A DNA stretch of 64,000 nucleotides from an uncultured delta proteobacterium (GCA_963695875.1 CAVOID010000008.1:192001-256000); one strand, 5' to 3'. Positions 19,640 through 30,380 are shown, numbered from the stretch's first letter. Numbers and translations: made by a program. Notes: generated by a model from the sequence alone, not told the origin.

Positions 19640-20518
19640 ATGAGCTTTTTTCTACAACTTTTCATAAATGGTATAAGTATTGGTTTTTTATATGGGCTGT
19701 CCGCCATGGGTTTTGTCATGATTTTTAAATCTTCCAGCGTCCTAAATTTTGCACATGGCGAGTTACTTGCCTTAGGGGCCTTCTTTTTTCTGGCCATGGT
19801 GACATGGGCCAAATTACCTATTGTGGTTGCCTTCCTGGTGACCCTCGTAGGTTGTTTTGTTTTGGGATTTCTGATTGAAAGATTATTTCTGCGTCCTCTT
19901 ATCGGTGAGCCTCTCATCTATGTGATCATGCTGACAGTGGGACTGGCTTCTATGTTCAGAGGTATAATGCTCTTTATATGGGGAGGAAATTTGCAGACCT
20001 ATCCTGATTTTCTGCCTGAATCTCTCAGTATTCGGTGGGACGTGATTAACGTACCGCCGGCCTATACCGCAGCTCTTATTATCGGGGTACTTTTTCTTAT
20101 ACTTTTTGGTCTTTTCTTCAAGTATTCTTCACAAGGCATATTTATGAGATCTGTAGCTGATAATCAAAAAGCGGCACTCTCATTGGGGGTTCATGTTCAA
20201 AAGGTCTTTGCACTATCGTGGGCTATTGCTGCACTTGTGGCCGGCATGAGCGGTATTGTAATGGGTGTTATAAATGGCATTAACGTGCATGATCTCAGCG
20301 CCATTGGACTCAAGGTATTCCCTGTGGTTATCCTTGGAGGTCTGGACAGCATTGGCGGTGCGATTCTTGGCGGTCTCATTATAGGTATTCTGGAAACATT
20401 CACCGGGGGCTATATTTCACCGTCGCTCCGTGATGTTGTACCATATATTGTACTTGTATTTATCCTCATGATAAAACCATATGGGCTTTTTGGCCTGGTG
20501 GAAATTGAAAGGGTATAA
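19640..20518 (+). CDS. ABC transporter permease (LivH-like)
   Basis: LNFAHGE, MRSVADN..AA.SLG, VVILGGLDSIGGA. Confidence 0.92.
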   Translation: MSFFLQLFINGISIGFLYGLSAMGFVMIFKSSSVLNFAHGELLALGAFFFLAMVTWAKLPIVVAFLVTLVGCFVLGFLIERLFLRPLIGEPLIYVIMLTVGLASMFRGIMLFIWGGNLQTYPDFLPESLSIRWDVINVPPAYTAALIIGVLFLILFGLFFKYSSQGIFMRSVADNQKAALSLGVHVQKVFALSWAIAALVAGMSGIVMGVINGINVHDLSAIGLKVFPVVILGGLDSIGGAILGGLIIGILETFTGGYISPSLRDVVPYIVLVFILMIKPYGLFGLVEIERV

Positions 20519-20525
20519 GTCAGTA

Positions 20526-21596
20526 ATGAAAAGATTTCATTTCCATCCCTGCGGTAATTACAGGGAAAAATACGAACAAGAAATTACTGTCTTCGAGACC
20601 GACTTCGGCAGACTTTGGCTGTGGATCGGCATTTTTCTCCTTTTCGTCATAGTTCCATTCATAAGCAGTCCTTATTTCCTACATGTACTGAATACAATCG
20701 GGATAGCATCAATTGCGGCGATCGGGTTAAATATCCTTATCGGATACACGGGACAGATATCTCTTGGTCACGGGGCCTTCATCGGCGTCGGGGCTTATGC
20801 CGCTGCAATACTTGCAACGTCAGCAAACATTCCTTTTCTTCTTAACCTGCCGATGGCCGGACTGGTATCTGCCCTGGTAGGTATGATTTTCGGCATACCA
20901 TCCGGACGTCTCAAAGGCCTGTACCTCACAATTGCAACGCTTGCTGGCCAGATTATCATTGAATATGTTTTAATCCACTGGGAAAGTCTAACGAAAGGCA
21001 CTATGGGAATTACACTTCCCAGCCCCTCCATTTTTGGATTCGAATTAGCCAGCGATAAAGACTTCTTTTTTATGATATTCGTAAGCCTCATAGTAATGAT
21101 CTGGATAGCGGTAAACCTTATGAGAACAAAATATGGCAGAGCCTTTATTGCGATTCGAGATAATGACCGGGCTGCGGAAGGTATGGGTATTCCAATTTTC
21201 AGGTACAAGCTCCTTTCTTTTGGAATCAGCTCGTTCTATGCAGGCTTTGCCGGTGCAATATGGGCTTATTACATGGTCAGCATCACATCAGAACCATTCA
21301 ACCTGGGTCTCTCCGTCGAATACATCGCAATGGTGATCATAGGCGGCCTGGGAAGTATTACCGGTTCCATTTATGGCGCCATCTTTATAACCTTTTTGAA
21401 TGAAATTCTGAGATGGCTGACGGATATCGTGATGAACGTGGGAATCTTCACGGAAGCTGGTTTGAATGTGGCACCATTGAGAGAATTTTTCTTTGGACTG
21501 GCGATAGTTCTCTTCATTCTCTGTGAGCCGCGCGGACTTGCGGAGATATGGCGTATTATACGTTCCAACTTCAGGCTGTGGCCGTTTGCTTATTAA
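20526..21596 (+). CDS. ABC transporter permease (LivM-like)
   Basis: GYTGQISLGHGAF, RLKGLYLTIATL, GRAFIAIRDND.AAE.MGI; start moved to ATG 20526. Confidence 0.92.
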   Translation: MKRFHFHPCGNYREKYEQEITVFETDFGRLWLWIGIFLLFVIVPFISSPYFLHVLNTIGIASIAAIGLNILIGYTGQISLGHGAFIGVGAYAAAILATSANIPFLLNLPMAGLVSALVGMIFGIPSGRLKGLYLTIATLAGQIIIEYVLIHWESLTKGTMGITLPSPSIFGFELASDKDFFFMIFVSLIVMIWIAVNLMRTKYGRAFIAIRDNDRAAEGMGIPIFRYKLLSFGISSFYAGFAGAIWAYYMVSITSEPFNLGLSVEYIAMVIIGGLGSITGSIYGAIFITFLNEILRWLTDIVMNVGIFTEAGLNVAPLREFFFGLAIVLFILCEPRGLAEIWRIIRSNFRLWPFAY

Positions 21597-21607
21597 GAGT
21601 TATCCGC

Positions 21608-22411
21608 ATGACTGAAAGTACTATTCTCGAGATCAACAATATATCTGTCGTTTATTCAGATGTTATTCAGGTCCTTAAGGGAGTATCCCTTATCGTTGAA
21701 CGGGACTCCATTGTGTCCCTTCTGGGCAGCAACGGTTCCGGAAAATCGACAACGCTGAAGGCCATATCTGGCCTGCTTAAACCTGAAAACGGCAAGGTGA
21801 CGGAAGGGACCATTATGTATGATGCAAAGCCCATTCAGAATCAGTCTCCCGAGGTCATTACGCGCAAGGGAATAATTCAGGTTCTGGAAGGCCGTCAGCC
21901 TTTCAAATATTTGACTGTTGAAGAAAACCTTATTGTCGGAACGGCCATCAGGTGGCGGAAGCCTTATAAGAAAGATCTGGAAATGGTTTATCATTATTTC
22001 CCCGCCATATTGAAAAGAAGGAAGATGCTGGCCGGATATTGCAGCGGTGGAGAACTTCAAATGATTGTCATGGGAAGGGCTTTGATGGCCCACCCGGCTC
22101 TTTTGCTTTTGGATGAGCCTTCTCTCGGGCTTGCTCCCATGGTTGTGAAGGAAATATTTCAGATCATAAAAAAGATAAATGAGGAACAGGGAACAACAAT
22201 TATGCTCGTCGAACAGAATGCCAATATGGCCCTGCAGATTTCTGATTATGGTTATGTAATGGAAAATGGAAAGATCGTTATGGAAGGTGGTGCAAAGACC
22301 CTTGTTGAGAATCCCGATATAAAAGAATTCTACTTGGGTATGGGGGCAACGGGCGTGTTAAAATCATATAAAGATGTCAAATCATATCGCCGTCGAAAGA
22401 GATGGCTGTAA
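21608..22411 (+). CDS. ABC transporter ATP-binding protein (LivF-like)
   Basis: GSNGSGKST, SGGELQM, LDEPSLGLAP, VEQNA, C-terminal KSYRRRKRWL; start moved to ATG 21608. Confidence 0.92.
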   Translation: MTESTILEINNISVVYSDVIQVLKGVSLIVERDSIVSLLGSNGSGKSTTLKAISGLLKPENGKVTEGTIMYDAKPIQNQSPEVITRKGIIQVLEGRQPFKYLTVEENLIVGTAIRWRKPYKKDLEMVYHYFPAILKRRKMLAGYCSGGELQMIVMGRALMAHPALLLLDEPSLGLAPMVVKEIFQIIKKINEEQGTTIMLVEQNANMALQISDYGYVMENGKIVMEGGAKTLVENPDIKEFYLGMGATGVLKSYKDVKSYRRRKRWL

Positions 22412-22503
22412 ATAGATGGCGTGGTATCCGAAGAAAGATCTTTCATTCAGCATTGACGAGAACAATTTTTGGATCTGCAAAAACTTTATGAGGGATATAG
22501 CCT

Positions 22504-23760
22504 ATGGCAGATTGTTATGATTATAAAGAATGTGTGCCTGTGGAAGAAAGAGAACGCAGGCGCTCACTACTAATAATGGAAATGCTCAAGTCGGGTTATC
22601 AAAAATCAAGTCGCATAAGAAAGATGTTTGCCCAGCTGAAGATGGATCATTCTGAAATTAAAACCCTGAGTGATTTCGAAAAACTTCCTGTTATCTCCAG
22701 GGGAAAGCTAATTGAGCTCGAAATGTCGGAACCTCCATACGGAGGGCTGAACAATTCAGACTCAGATGTTGATAGAATTTTTATTTCTCCTGGTCCTGTA
22801 TATGAACCACACCTCTCGGAGAATGACAACCTATGGGCAAGGGCATATTATGCTGCCGGCATCGGAAAGGGAGATGTGGTTCTCAATGCTTTTTCCTACC
22901 ACATGGTTGCTGCCGGCTTGACCTTCCATGGAGGATTAAGACACATTGGTGCTACAGTCATCCCTTCTGGAACTTCAAGTTCACAACTTCAGGTACAGTT
23001 AATTCGCGACCTATCTGTAACAGCTTATGCAGGCACTCCCAGTTTTTTAATGAGCATTATAAATAAAGCAGAAGAAATGGGTTATGATTTTAAGAAAGAT
23101 TTCAGGATGAGGCGAGCCTGCTTTGCCGCGGAACCTCTTGCGCCATCGTTGAGAGAAAAATTCGAGCGGGAATATGCTATTGACACATATCAGATGTATG
23201 GCGCAACGGAAGTGGGGGATGTATCTTTTGAATGCAGAGAAAAGAAAGGATGGCATATCTGTGAAGAAGTCCTTCTGGAGATTATTGATCCGGCCACAGG
23301 GAAAAGTGTGCCGCCTGGAACGATGGGTGAAGTTGTCGTTACCCGGTTCAATAACATTTTCTTCCTTTTCCGGTTCGGGACCGGTGATCTTTCAAGAGTA
23401 ATAGAGTCACCATGCACCTGCGGAAGAACATCGTTTCGCTTGGATGGCATTGCCGGACGAGTGGGCGATGCGGTGAAAGTCAGGGGACTTTTCATCGCAC
23501 CGAGTCAGCTTAATAAAATCAAGGAAAAATTCTATAGTGTTAAATTCCAGCTCCTTGTCAGCCGAACTTCTCATGAGGATATTTTAACCGTGAAACTGGA
23601 GCTGAAAGAGGCAGGAATGAATACCGTATCCCTGGAAGAGAACTTCAGGGATCATTTCAAAGATGTATGTACGGTGAGAATTGACCGTCTGGAATTTTTG
23701 AATCCCGGCACATTAAGAGATGATGATAAAATGATCGTCGATCAGCGCGAGTGGAAATAG
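22504..23760 (+). CDS. Phenylacetate-CoA ligase family protein (PaaK-like)
   Basis: SPGPVYEP, FSYH...AG, YGATE, RFGTGDLS, CTCGRT, GRVGDAVKVRGLFI.P. Confidence 0.8.
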   Translation: MADCYDYKECVPVEERERRRSLLIMEMLKSGYQKSSRIRKMFAQLKMDHSEIKTLSDFEKLPVISRGKLIELEMSEPPYGGLNNSDSDVDRIFISPGPVYEPHLSENDNLWARAYYAAGIGKGDVVLNAFSYHMVAAGLTFHGGLRHIGATVIPSGTSSSQLQVQLIRDLSVTAYAGTPSFLMSIINKAEEMGYDFKKDFRMRRACFAAEPLAPSLREKFEREYAIDTYQMYGATEVGDVSFECREKKGWHICEEVLLEIIDPATGKSVPPGTMGEVVVTRFNNIFFLFRFGTGDLSRVIESPCTCGRTSFRLDGIAGRVGDAVKVRGLFIAPSQLNKIKEKFYSVKFQLLVSRTSHEDILTVKLELKEAGMNTVSLEENFRDHFKDVCTVRIDRLEFLNPGTLRDDDKMIVDQREWK

Positions 23761-23785
23761 ATATATAGAACTGAGGGCAAGTGTT

Positions 23786-25525
23786 TTAAATATAGACCGG
23801 TGCGGACATGTCTTTCATCTTGAGCTGGATGTCGTAAACCCCGTTCCAATTATTGATATGAGGAGTAAAGGCTATATCGAGCGCAGATCCAGAGAGGGAA
23901 TCGACAAGATGACCTTTATTGAACCAGATAGAATTATAGGATATGCCATTCCCCTTCAAGCGCATCCACAAGTGGTTATTACCTACCACAGAGTGGGAGG
24001 TGACATTAATATTTCTTGCGCAAAGAACAGGTTCAGGATTGCCGCTGCCAAAGGGGGCAAGCCTGCCGATCTGTGATATAAGCTCATGGTTTATATCGTT
24101 GAGATTACAGATGGCATCAATGCTGGTTTCAGAAACAAAATCAGAAATATTAATTTCTTTACTGATAACATTCTCGAGCATGATTGCAAATTCTTTAATG
24201 TCTTCTTCCTTGATTGATATTCCGGCAGCATATCGGTGTCCCCCATAAGAAAGCAGTAAAGAATCGCATTCTTTCAAACCCAGATATATATTAAAATCAG
24301 AAATACTTCTTCCGGAACCCTTGCCGATGCCGTCTTTCAGACTTATCAAAATAGTAGGCCTATTATACCGATCTACCAGTTTTGAAGCTACGATGCCTAT
24401 TACACCCGGGTGCCATTTATCAGAAGCGAACACAAGGGACCGAACATTTCCGGGGTCTATTGTTTTTTCAATTTGATCAAGAATCTCGTCAAGTATAGTT
24501 TTCCCCATGGCTTGACGCTTGCGATTGTAAATTTCGAGATTTTGGGCAATCCTCCTGGCCTCTTCAATGTTGTCAGTCAACAGAAGTTGAACTGCTTCAC
24601 TTGCAGTTGCAACGCGCCCTGCCGCGTTGATCCGAGGAATTATGCAGAAGGAAGCCTTGCTGGAATCAATAACCTGAGTATCAATGCCGCAAATTTCCTT
24701 TAATGCCCGCAGCCCCACTCTTTTACTTTCTGTGATAAGATCAAGGCCGATCTTCGTAAATACCCTGTTCTCATCTATAAGCGGACAGATGTCGCCGATG
24801 GTTCCCAGAGCGACAAGGTCCAGGTATTCCCGAAGATTTGGATATTTTTTATTCTCCCAGAAACCGTCTTTCCGCAGTTTTCCCCTCAGGGCTATAAGAA
24901 AATTGAAAACTATGCCCACAGCGGCAAGATCCTTAAATGGGAACATGCATTCCCTGCGATTCTGATCAATAATCGCGACGGCATCAGGTAGGATGTTGGG
25001 AACTTCATGATGGTCCAGTATGATAGTGTCTATGCCGACTGACCGTGCATAAGATATACACTCATGATCGGAGATGCCGCAATCCACAGTAATAATCAGC
25101 TCAACATTGCCGGCCTTCATCCTGTCAATTGCAGGCTTGTTGAGGCCATATCCCTCTTTGATACGGTCCGGGATGTAATATGATACAGTCGGATCGATTT
25201 CCCGGAGGAACTTCAAGAGAACAACGACGGATGTTACACCATCGGCATCATAATCGCCATAAATGACAATTTTCTCCCCGTTATAAATTGCCTTGATTAA
25301 ACGTTGGACTCCCTTTTGCATATCCATCATCAAGAGAGGATTATGCAGATCATTCAAGGAGGGTGACAGATATCTATTGGCATCGTCGAATGTTAAAATC
25401 TGGCGACTCGTCAATATACGGGAGACAATGTGGTGGATATGCAGTTCCCTGACCAGCATATCCTGTATATCCCTGTCGCTCTCTAATAACTTCCATTGAG
25501 TTGTGGGTAAACCTACTGCCGTCAT
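23786..25525 (-). CDS. recJ: ssDNA-specific exonuclease RecJ
   Basis: YGDYDADG, TVDCG, DHH, PRINAAGR, GKGSGRS, GGH..AAG, PFG.GNP. Confidence 0.95.
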   Translation of the reverse strand: MTAVGLPTTQWKLLESDRDIQDMLVRELHIHHIVSRILTSRQILTFDDANRYLSPSLNDLHNPLLMMDMQKGVQRLIKAIYNGEKIVIYGDYDADGVTSVVVLLKFLREIDPTVSYYIPDRIKEGYGLNKPAIDRMKAGNVELIITVDCGISDHECISYARSVGIDTIILDHHEVPNILPDAVAIIDQNRRECMFPFKDLAAVGIVFNFLIALRGKLRKDGFWENKKYPNLREYLDLVALGTIGDICPLIDENRVFTKIGLDLITESKRVGLRALKEICGIDTQVIDSSKASFCIIPRINAAGRVATASEAVQLLLTDNIEEARRIAQNLEIYNRKRQAMGKTILDEILDQIEKTIDPGNVRSLVFASDKWHPGVIGIVASKLVDRYNRPTILISLKDGIGKGSGRSISDFNIYLGLKECDSLLLSYGGHRYAAGISIKEEDIKEFAIMLENVISKEINISDFVSETSIDAICNLNDINHELISQIGRLAPFGSGNPEPVLCARNINVTSHSVVGNNHLWMRLKGNGISYNSIWFNKGHLVDSLSGSALDIAFTPHINNWNGVYDIQLKMKDMSAPVYI

Positions 25526-25841
25526 GGTTATTTCAATTTCTTCATATCCGGAATTTGATATAGATTATGCCTTAAATGACTTTTGTTTTATAATATCAAT
25601 ATAAGCATCCATGTCAAGGAAAGAATGATTACAGTAACAATATCGCGTTCAACGCACACTTGGTGATTGATGGTCAATATAAGGAGAAGGCTCTCATGAT
25701 AAGACTGCTGTTAAGGTGATTATTGGCGGTATTAAAAGCGAGGCTGGCAGACACTTCAAGGACTGAGTTTATTCAGTGATCATAGAGATTATTTATGTTC
25801 CTTAATCATGGTTGTCAGGAAGCTCTGATTATGATGATTTT

Positions 25842-26039
25842 TTATAGCGCCTTCTTCACAAAACCGGAACGTATGCACCTCGTACATACTCTTGTACGTT
25901 TTATTGCTCCTGTTTTCTTGTCCACACAGCGTAGCTTTTGAAGGTTAGGATACCATGTTCTTTTTGTTTTGTTATTTGCATGGCTTACATTGTGACCAAC
26001 AATCGGCTTTTTGCCGCATACCTCACAGATTCTTGACAT
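25842..26039 (-). CDS. rpmB: 50S ribosomal protein L28 (zinc-ribbon form)
   Basis: [10 protein letters not shown]...[17 protein letters not shown]...VCTRCIRSG. Confidence 0.96.
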   Translation of the reverse strand: MSRICEVCGKKPIVGHNVSHANNKTKRTWYPNLQKLRCVDKKTGAIKRTRVCTRCIRSGFVKKAL

Positions 26040-26291
26040 ATTTAATCTCCTAAATGAAAAGTGGGCTGATTTCTAAAACATCATAATGAAATTTGCAAGG
26101 GTTTTTTTACTATCCGCCTGACAAGGCATCTTAAATTATATAGACTGCTCGCATATGACACTTATTTTTGAAACTTGATGTTGATATTTTAGTATATTGC
26201 AGTTATGTTATATAAGTGCGATTAAATTATTGAAGAATGATCATAACATCTAAGAATTAATCAAAGAACGTAATACTGATGAGGACTAAGG

Positions 26292-27399
26292 ATGATGAAA
26301 CTGAAGATAGCCGTTCTAACAGGGGGAGGAGATTGTCCCGGCTTGAATGGTGCGATCAAATGGGTTACAAAAACCGCTCTTGATCCAAAACTTGCTGAGA
26401 AACGTTCAGTTTCTTTTGAGGTTATAGGTGTTACCGAAGGCTGGAGGGGCTTGGTCGAGGTTGATCCGGACGACCCCAAAAGCCGTGACCGATACCTTAG
26501 ACGTCTGGATGAAGAGATCGTACGAACATGGGACCGCTATGGTGGAACACACTTAGGGACATCGCGGACAAACCCTTTTAATCCGAAGAATGATCGCTCT
26601 GAAAAATTAATCGATAACATCAAAGAACTTGGGATTGACGTTATCGCTGTACTCGGAGGAGAAGATACCCTTGGTGTGGCGTATAAATTACATAAGTTGG
26701 GCATTAAGACCGTAGGCATCCCCAAGACTATCGACAATGACCTCACGGGCACAGAATATTCCCTCGGTTATGATACGGCTGTTAATGTGATCACGGAGGA
26801 AATTGACCGGTTGAGAACTACCGCCGGTTCTCACAGCCGTAATTTCGTGGTTGAAACAATGGGACGTCATGCGGGATGGCTTGCTCTTCATGGAGGTGAA
26901 TGCAGCGGTGCTTATATAATCCTGATACCTGAATATCCTTTTGATATAGACGTGGTGTGCGAACTTCTTCGGGAACGAAAGGGACGGGAAATAAACTATT
27001 CAATTATTGTTGTTTCCGAAGGGGCCAAACCTGTGGGGCAGCAGGAACTCACTCAGAGATAATAAAGTTGATGAATTCGGACATCCCACGCTCGGGGGTA
27101 TAGCGAGCTCTGTTGCAAATGAAATTGAAAAGAGAACTGGCTTCGAGTCACGCTCTCTCATACTGAGCCATTTACAGCGGGGAGGGACGCCTTCTGCACA
27201 TGATCGCCTGATGGCCAGGTGGTTTGGGATAGCCGCTGTGGATATGGTTGTCAATGAAGATTTCGGCCGTATGGTGAGCCTTACGAGGGGTGAAATTACG
27301 AGTGTCCCGCTTAAGGAGATAATTAATAAACTAAAGCTTGTCGACGTAGAAAAATATTATGATACCGAACGCTACAATGGCCGGAGATCAATATTGTAA
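26292..27399 (+). CDS. 6-phosphofructokinase with PPi-dependent signature; one apparent +1 frameshift near 27055
   Basis: GGGDCPGLN, GGEDT, PKTIDND, ETMGRHAGW in ORF 26292-27062; continues as DEFGH..LGG...HLQRGG.P in ORF ending 27399. Confidence 0.88.
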
Positions 27400-27411
27400 A
27401 AAAATTTATCC

Positions 27412-28065
27412 TTAACTTTCGAGTGCAACCAATCCTTCACGAATGGCATATTTAGTCAACTCTGCAATAGTATGAATTTCCAGTTTCTCCATGATATTCC
27501 GTCGATGAGTTTCTATGGTCTTGATACTCAGGTTTAAATGAGCAGCTATTTCTTTAGCTGACAAACCCTCTGCAAGCAACTGCAGTATCTCACGCTCCCT
27601 TGAAGTGAGTATGGTGCGCGTCGTCAGAGAAGAATCAGACACTTTGTTGAGATATCCTTTTACAACTACATCAGCGATTTTTGGGCTCAGATAGGTATTG
27701 CCTGCCGCGACTTGTCGAATGGCGCTGACAAGCTCGGCAAAGGCACAATCCTTCAGGAGGTAAGCCGATGCACCGGCTTCCAGCATGCCGAGAACGAACC
27801 GTCTGTCAGTGTGCATGGACAGTGCAATGACCTTCACATTAGATGTTCCGGCTATGATTTTTCGAGTCGCCTCTATACCATTAAGGTCGGGCATGGAGAC
27901 GTCCATAATGATAACATTGGGCGACAGCTTCTCAGCCAGCTTGACAGCTTTTCTGCCGTTTTCCGCCTCCGCGACTACTTCCATCCCTGCTTCCTTTTCT
28001 ATCAGGTTGCGCAGGCCATCCCGGAAAAGCTTGTGATCATCGGCTAGAAGTACTCTGATGCTCAT
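27412..28065 (-). CDS. NarL/LuxR-family response regulator
   Basis: LLADDH, MDVSMP, LTSREREILQLLAEG, HRRNIMEKL. Confidence 0.93.
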   Translation of the reverse strand: MSIRVLLADDHKLFRDGLRNLIEKEAGMEVVAEAENGRKAVKLAEKLSPNVIIMDVSMPDLNGIEATRKIIAGTSNVKVIALSMHTDRRFVLGMLEAGASAYLLKDCAFAELVSAIRQVAAGNTYLSPKIADVVVKGYLNKVSDSSLTTRTILTSREREILQLLAEGLSAKEIAAHLNLSIKTIETHRRNIMEKLEIHTIAELTKYAIREGLVALES

Positions 28066-29542
28066 TTTTTATTATCCTCCTTTTATTTTTCTTTTTTCGA
28101 GGTGCCAAAAGAGTAATACATGTACCGAGTCCTTTTTCAGTTTCAATCTCAAAAAGACCGCCGAGGTATTTAAGCCGCTCATGTATGCTGAGAAGACCGA
28201 ACCCTCCTGTCAGTTTTGCAACATTGCTGATTCCGGAGATATCAAATCCTACCCCGTCGTCTTTAACAATAATCTGTATGTTGTTGCCTGTTTTTTGAAT
28301 CATAACGTGAGCCTGTTTTGCGCGGGCATGCTTGACAACATTCATGAGAAGTTCTCTTGTGGCCCGAAAAAGCAGCAGCTGGATTTCCTCATCGATCCTA
28401 TGGATTTTAAAATCATTTGTCAGGACAACCTGTAGACTGTGCTTCGTCTGGATCTGCTCACAGAGCCAATATATAGCTTCGGTAAATCCCAACTCGTATA
28501 GAACAGAAGGGCTGAGGTCTGTCATCAACGACCTGGCTTGTTGAATGGACTGGTTGATCATATCCCCAATTTCCAACAGGGGCTTCTTTAAACCGTTTTT
28601 TGATGTTTGACTGATAAGAGACTCCAGTTTAATTTTGGTCAGGGCGAGTGTTTGTCCGATGTTGTCGTGCAGGTCGACGGCGATCCGCCGCCGTTCCCTT
28701 TCCTCCGTCATGACCAGTTCTGATGTAAGCGATCTAAGCATTTCATTGTTGGCCAGTATCTTTTCTTCCGCACTCTTGAGACTTGATATGTCAAGAAGGG
28801 ACATGACTGTTCTTTCCGTCGATGGTATCTCCGCGATATTTACAAGAACATTTCGGATCTCACCCTGCCTGTTGGTGATACGGAATTCATAGCCGTCCTC
28901 CGACATTTTAAAATGCTTTCCCCACAGCCGCCGGAGACCGTTTACGCTGGGCAGATCATCATCAAGAACAAAATCCATCCAGCTTTTTTTACCTTCTATC
29001 TCATATCTTGAAAATCCGGTAAGACTTTCAAACTGCCTGTTTGCGAGGATAATGGTTGTGTGCTCATCTATAATAATAGTCGCTGTTCCCGTGTTTTCAA
29101 AAATCGTCCGGTATCTGACCTCCGATTCCTTCAGCACATTTTCCATTCGCTTCCGTTCGGTCCTTTCCTCAACCTCAGAGAGCGCCCGGGAAACTGCAGG
29201 CCCTATACGGGACAACCTGTCTTTTAGAACATAATCAGTTGCTCCCTTCTTGAGCAGCTCAATGGCCATTTCCTCACCCAATGCACCCGAAACAAAGATG
29301 AAGGGCACATCCGGGCACATTTCCATGGCTATTTTCAGAGCTGACAGACCGTCAAATGACGGCATTGAATAATCTGAAAGAATGATCTCCGGTTTAAATT
29401 CCTCCAAGGCTTTGAGAAAGGATTTCCTGGAGGAGACGAGTCTTGATGTGAAGGTAAGGCCCGCTTCTGTGAGTTCATCTTTCATCAATTCAGCGTCCGT
29501 AGGGACGTCTTCCAGGATTAATATGTGCAATTCCCCGCTCAC
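28037..29542 (-). CDS. Cytoplasmic hybrid histidine kinase (REC + PAS + HisKA_3 + HATPase)
   Basis: N-terminal REC (ILED...SDYSMP), PAS, EERERRRIAVDLHDNIGQ, DDGVGF, GGFGL. Confidence 0.9.
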   Translation of the reverse strand: MSGELHILILEDVPTDAELMKDELTEAGLTFTSRLVSSRKSFLKALEEFKPEIILSDYSMPSFDGLSALKIAMEMCPDVPFIFVSGALGEEMAIELLKKGATDYVLKDRLSRIGPAVSRALSEVEERTERKRMENVLKESEVRYRTIFENTGTATIIIDEHTTIILANRQFESLTGFSRYEIEGKKSWMDFVLDDDLPSVNGLRRLWGKHFKMSEDGYEFRITNRQGEIRNVLVNIAEIPSTERTVMSLLDISSLKSAEEKILANNEMLRSLTSELVMTEERERRRIAVDLHDNIGQTLALTKIKLESLISQTSKNGLKKPLLEIGDMINQSIQQARSLMTDLSPSVLYELGFTEAIYWLCEQIQTKHSLQVVLTNDFKIHRIDEEIQLLLFRATRELLMNVVKHARAKQAHVMIQKTGNNIQIIVKDDGVGFDISGISNVAKLTGGFGLLSIHERLKYLGGLFEIETEKGLGTCITLLAPRKKKNKRRIIKNEHQSTSSR

Positions 29543-29812
29543 GATTAAGCCTCAGTCCTCCTCAGTATACTAAACTCACATCATCACTTTAAGATAATAC
29601 AAATTCAGGTGAATCAACCTAGTATTTAATATTTTGGATTAAGGTAGAAATCAATGGGGATAAAAAAGTAGCGGAATGGTAGGTGAATACTACCTATAGA
29701 TAAGAGTATTTGGCATTGCTGTTCTTCATAATCAAAAATTATGAAACGAATTGATATGTCATTTTCTCACCTGATCCATTCATGAAACCAATCTTTCCTT
29801 TTTCCTTACTTT

Positions 29813-30098
29813 TTAAATACCTTTGTCAGTGGAGACGGGGAGTTCCACATCCACAAACATGTCGGGCCTGAGAATATAGCCGGGATTATCCGCTACAAGT
29901 CGAACCTTCAGGGTCCGCGTGGCAGGATCGAACTGGGGCAAAACAGAACTCACCGTTACCGTAAAAGTCTTCTTTTGATGAGGGAGATAGACCTTTACGG
30001 CCTTTCCCGGCTTGAGGTACACCGCTTCATTCTCGAAAATATCTGCAATTATCCAGACGCGTCTCAGGTCTGCGATCCGGTAAAGTTCCGTGCCCTTG
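29813..30098 (-). pseudogene. Internal fragment of a CusB-like RND efflux periplasmic adaptor
   Basis: KGTELYRIADLRRVWIIADIFENE...QFDPATRTLKVRL...NP...LRPDMFVDVEL; no N- or C-terminal regions and no cusA/cusC neighbours. Confidence 0.8.
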
Positions 30099-30380
30099 AT
30101 ACATCATCCTTTTCCTGACAGATGAACAAGGAATTTAGTACCTTGAATCGAGTTTTCCCCCGATTGTGGGGGCATTTTTACTTTGGTATATGTAACGCAA
30201 AATATCAGTCGTCTATCGAGAGCAGCGTGACACGATTATATAACACCTGGTTAATTTGATTATTAAGGGAGGCAATGCAGGATGTTAAATAAATCATCTC
30301 GTTATCTTTTTTGTTCCACTTATCAAAGGCATATACCTCACTTTTGAACAAGGGAAATTCTCACAGATAAATTAAGAAAG

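Noticed and set aside
25676..25720. Tiny ORF MIRLLLR with a strong SD between recJ and rpmB
   Set aside because: No downstream gene on that strand and no attenuator structure; cannot be distinguished from chance
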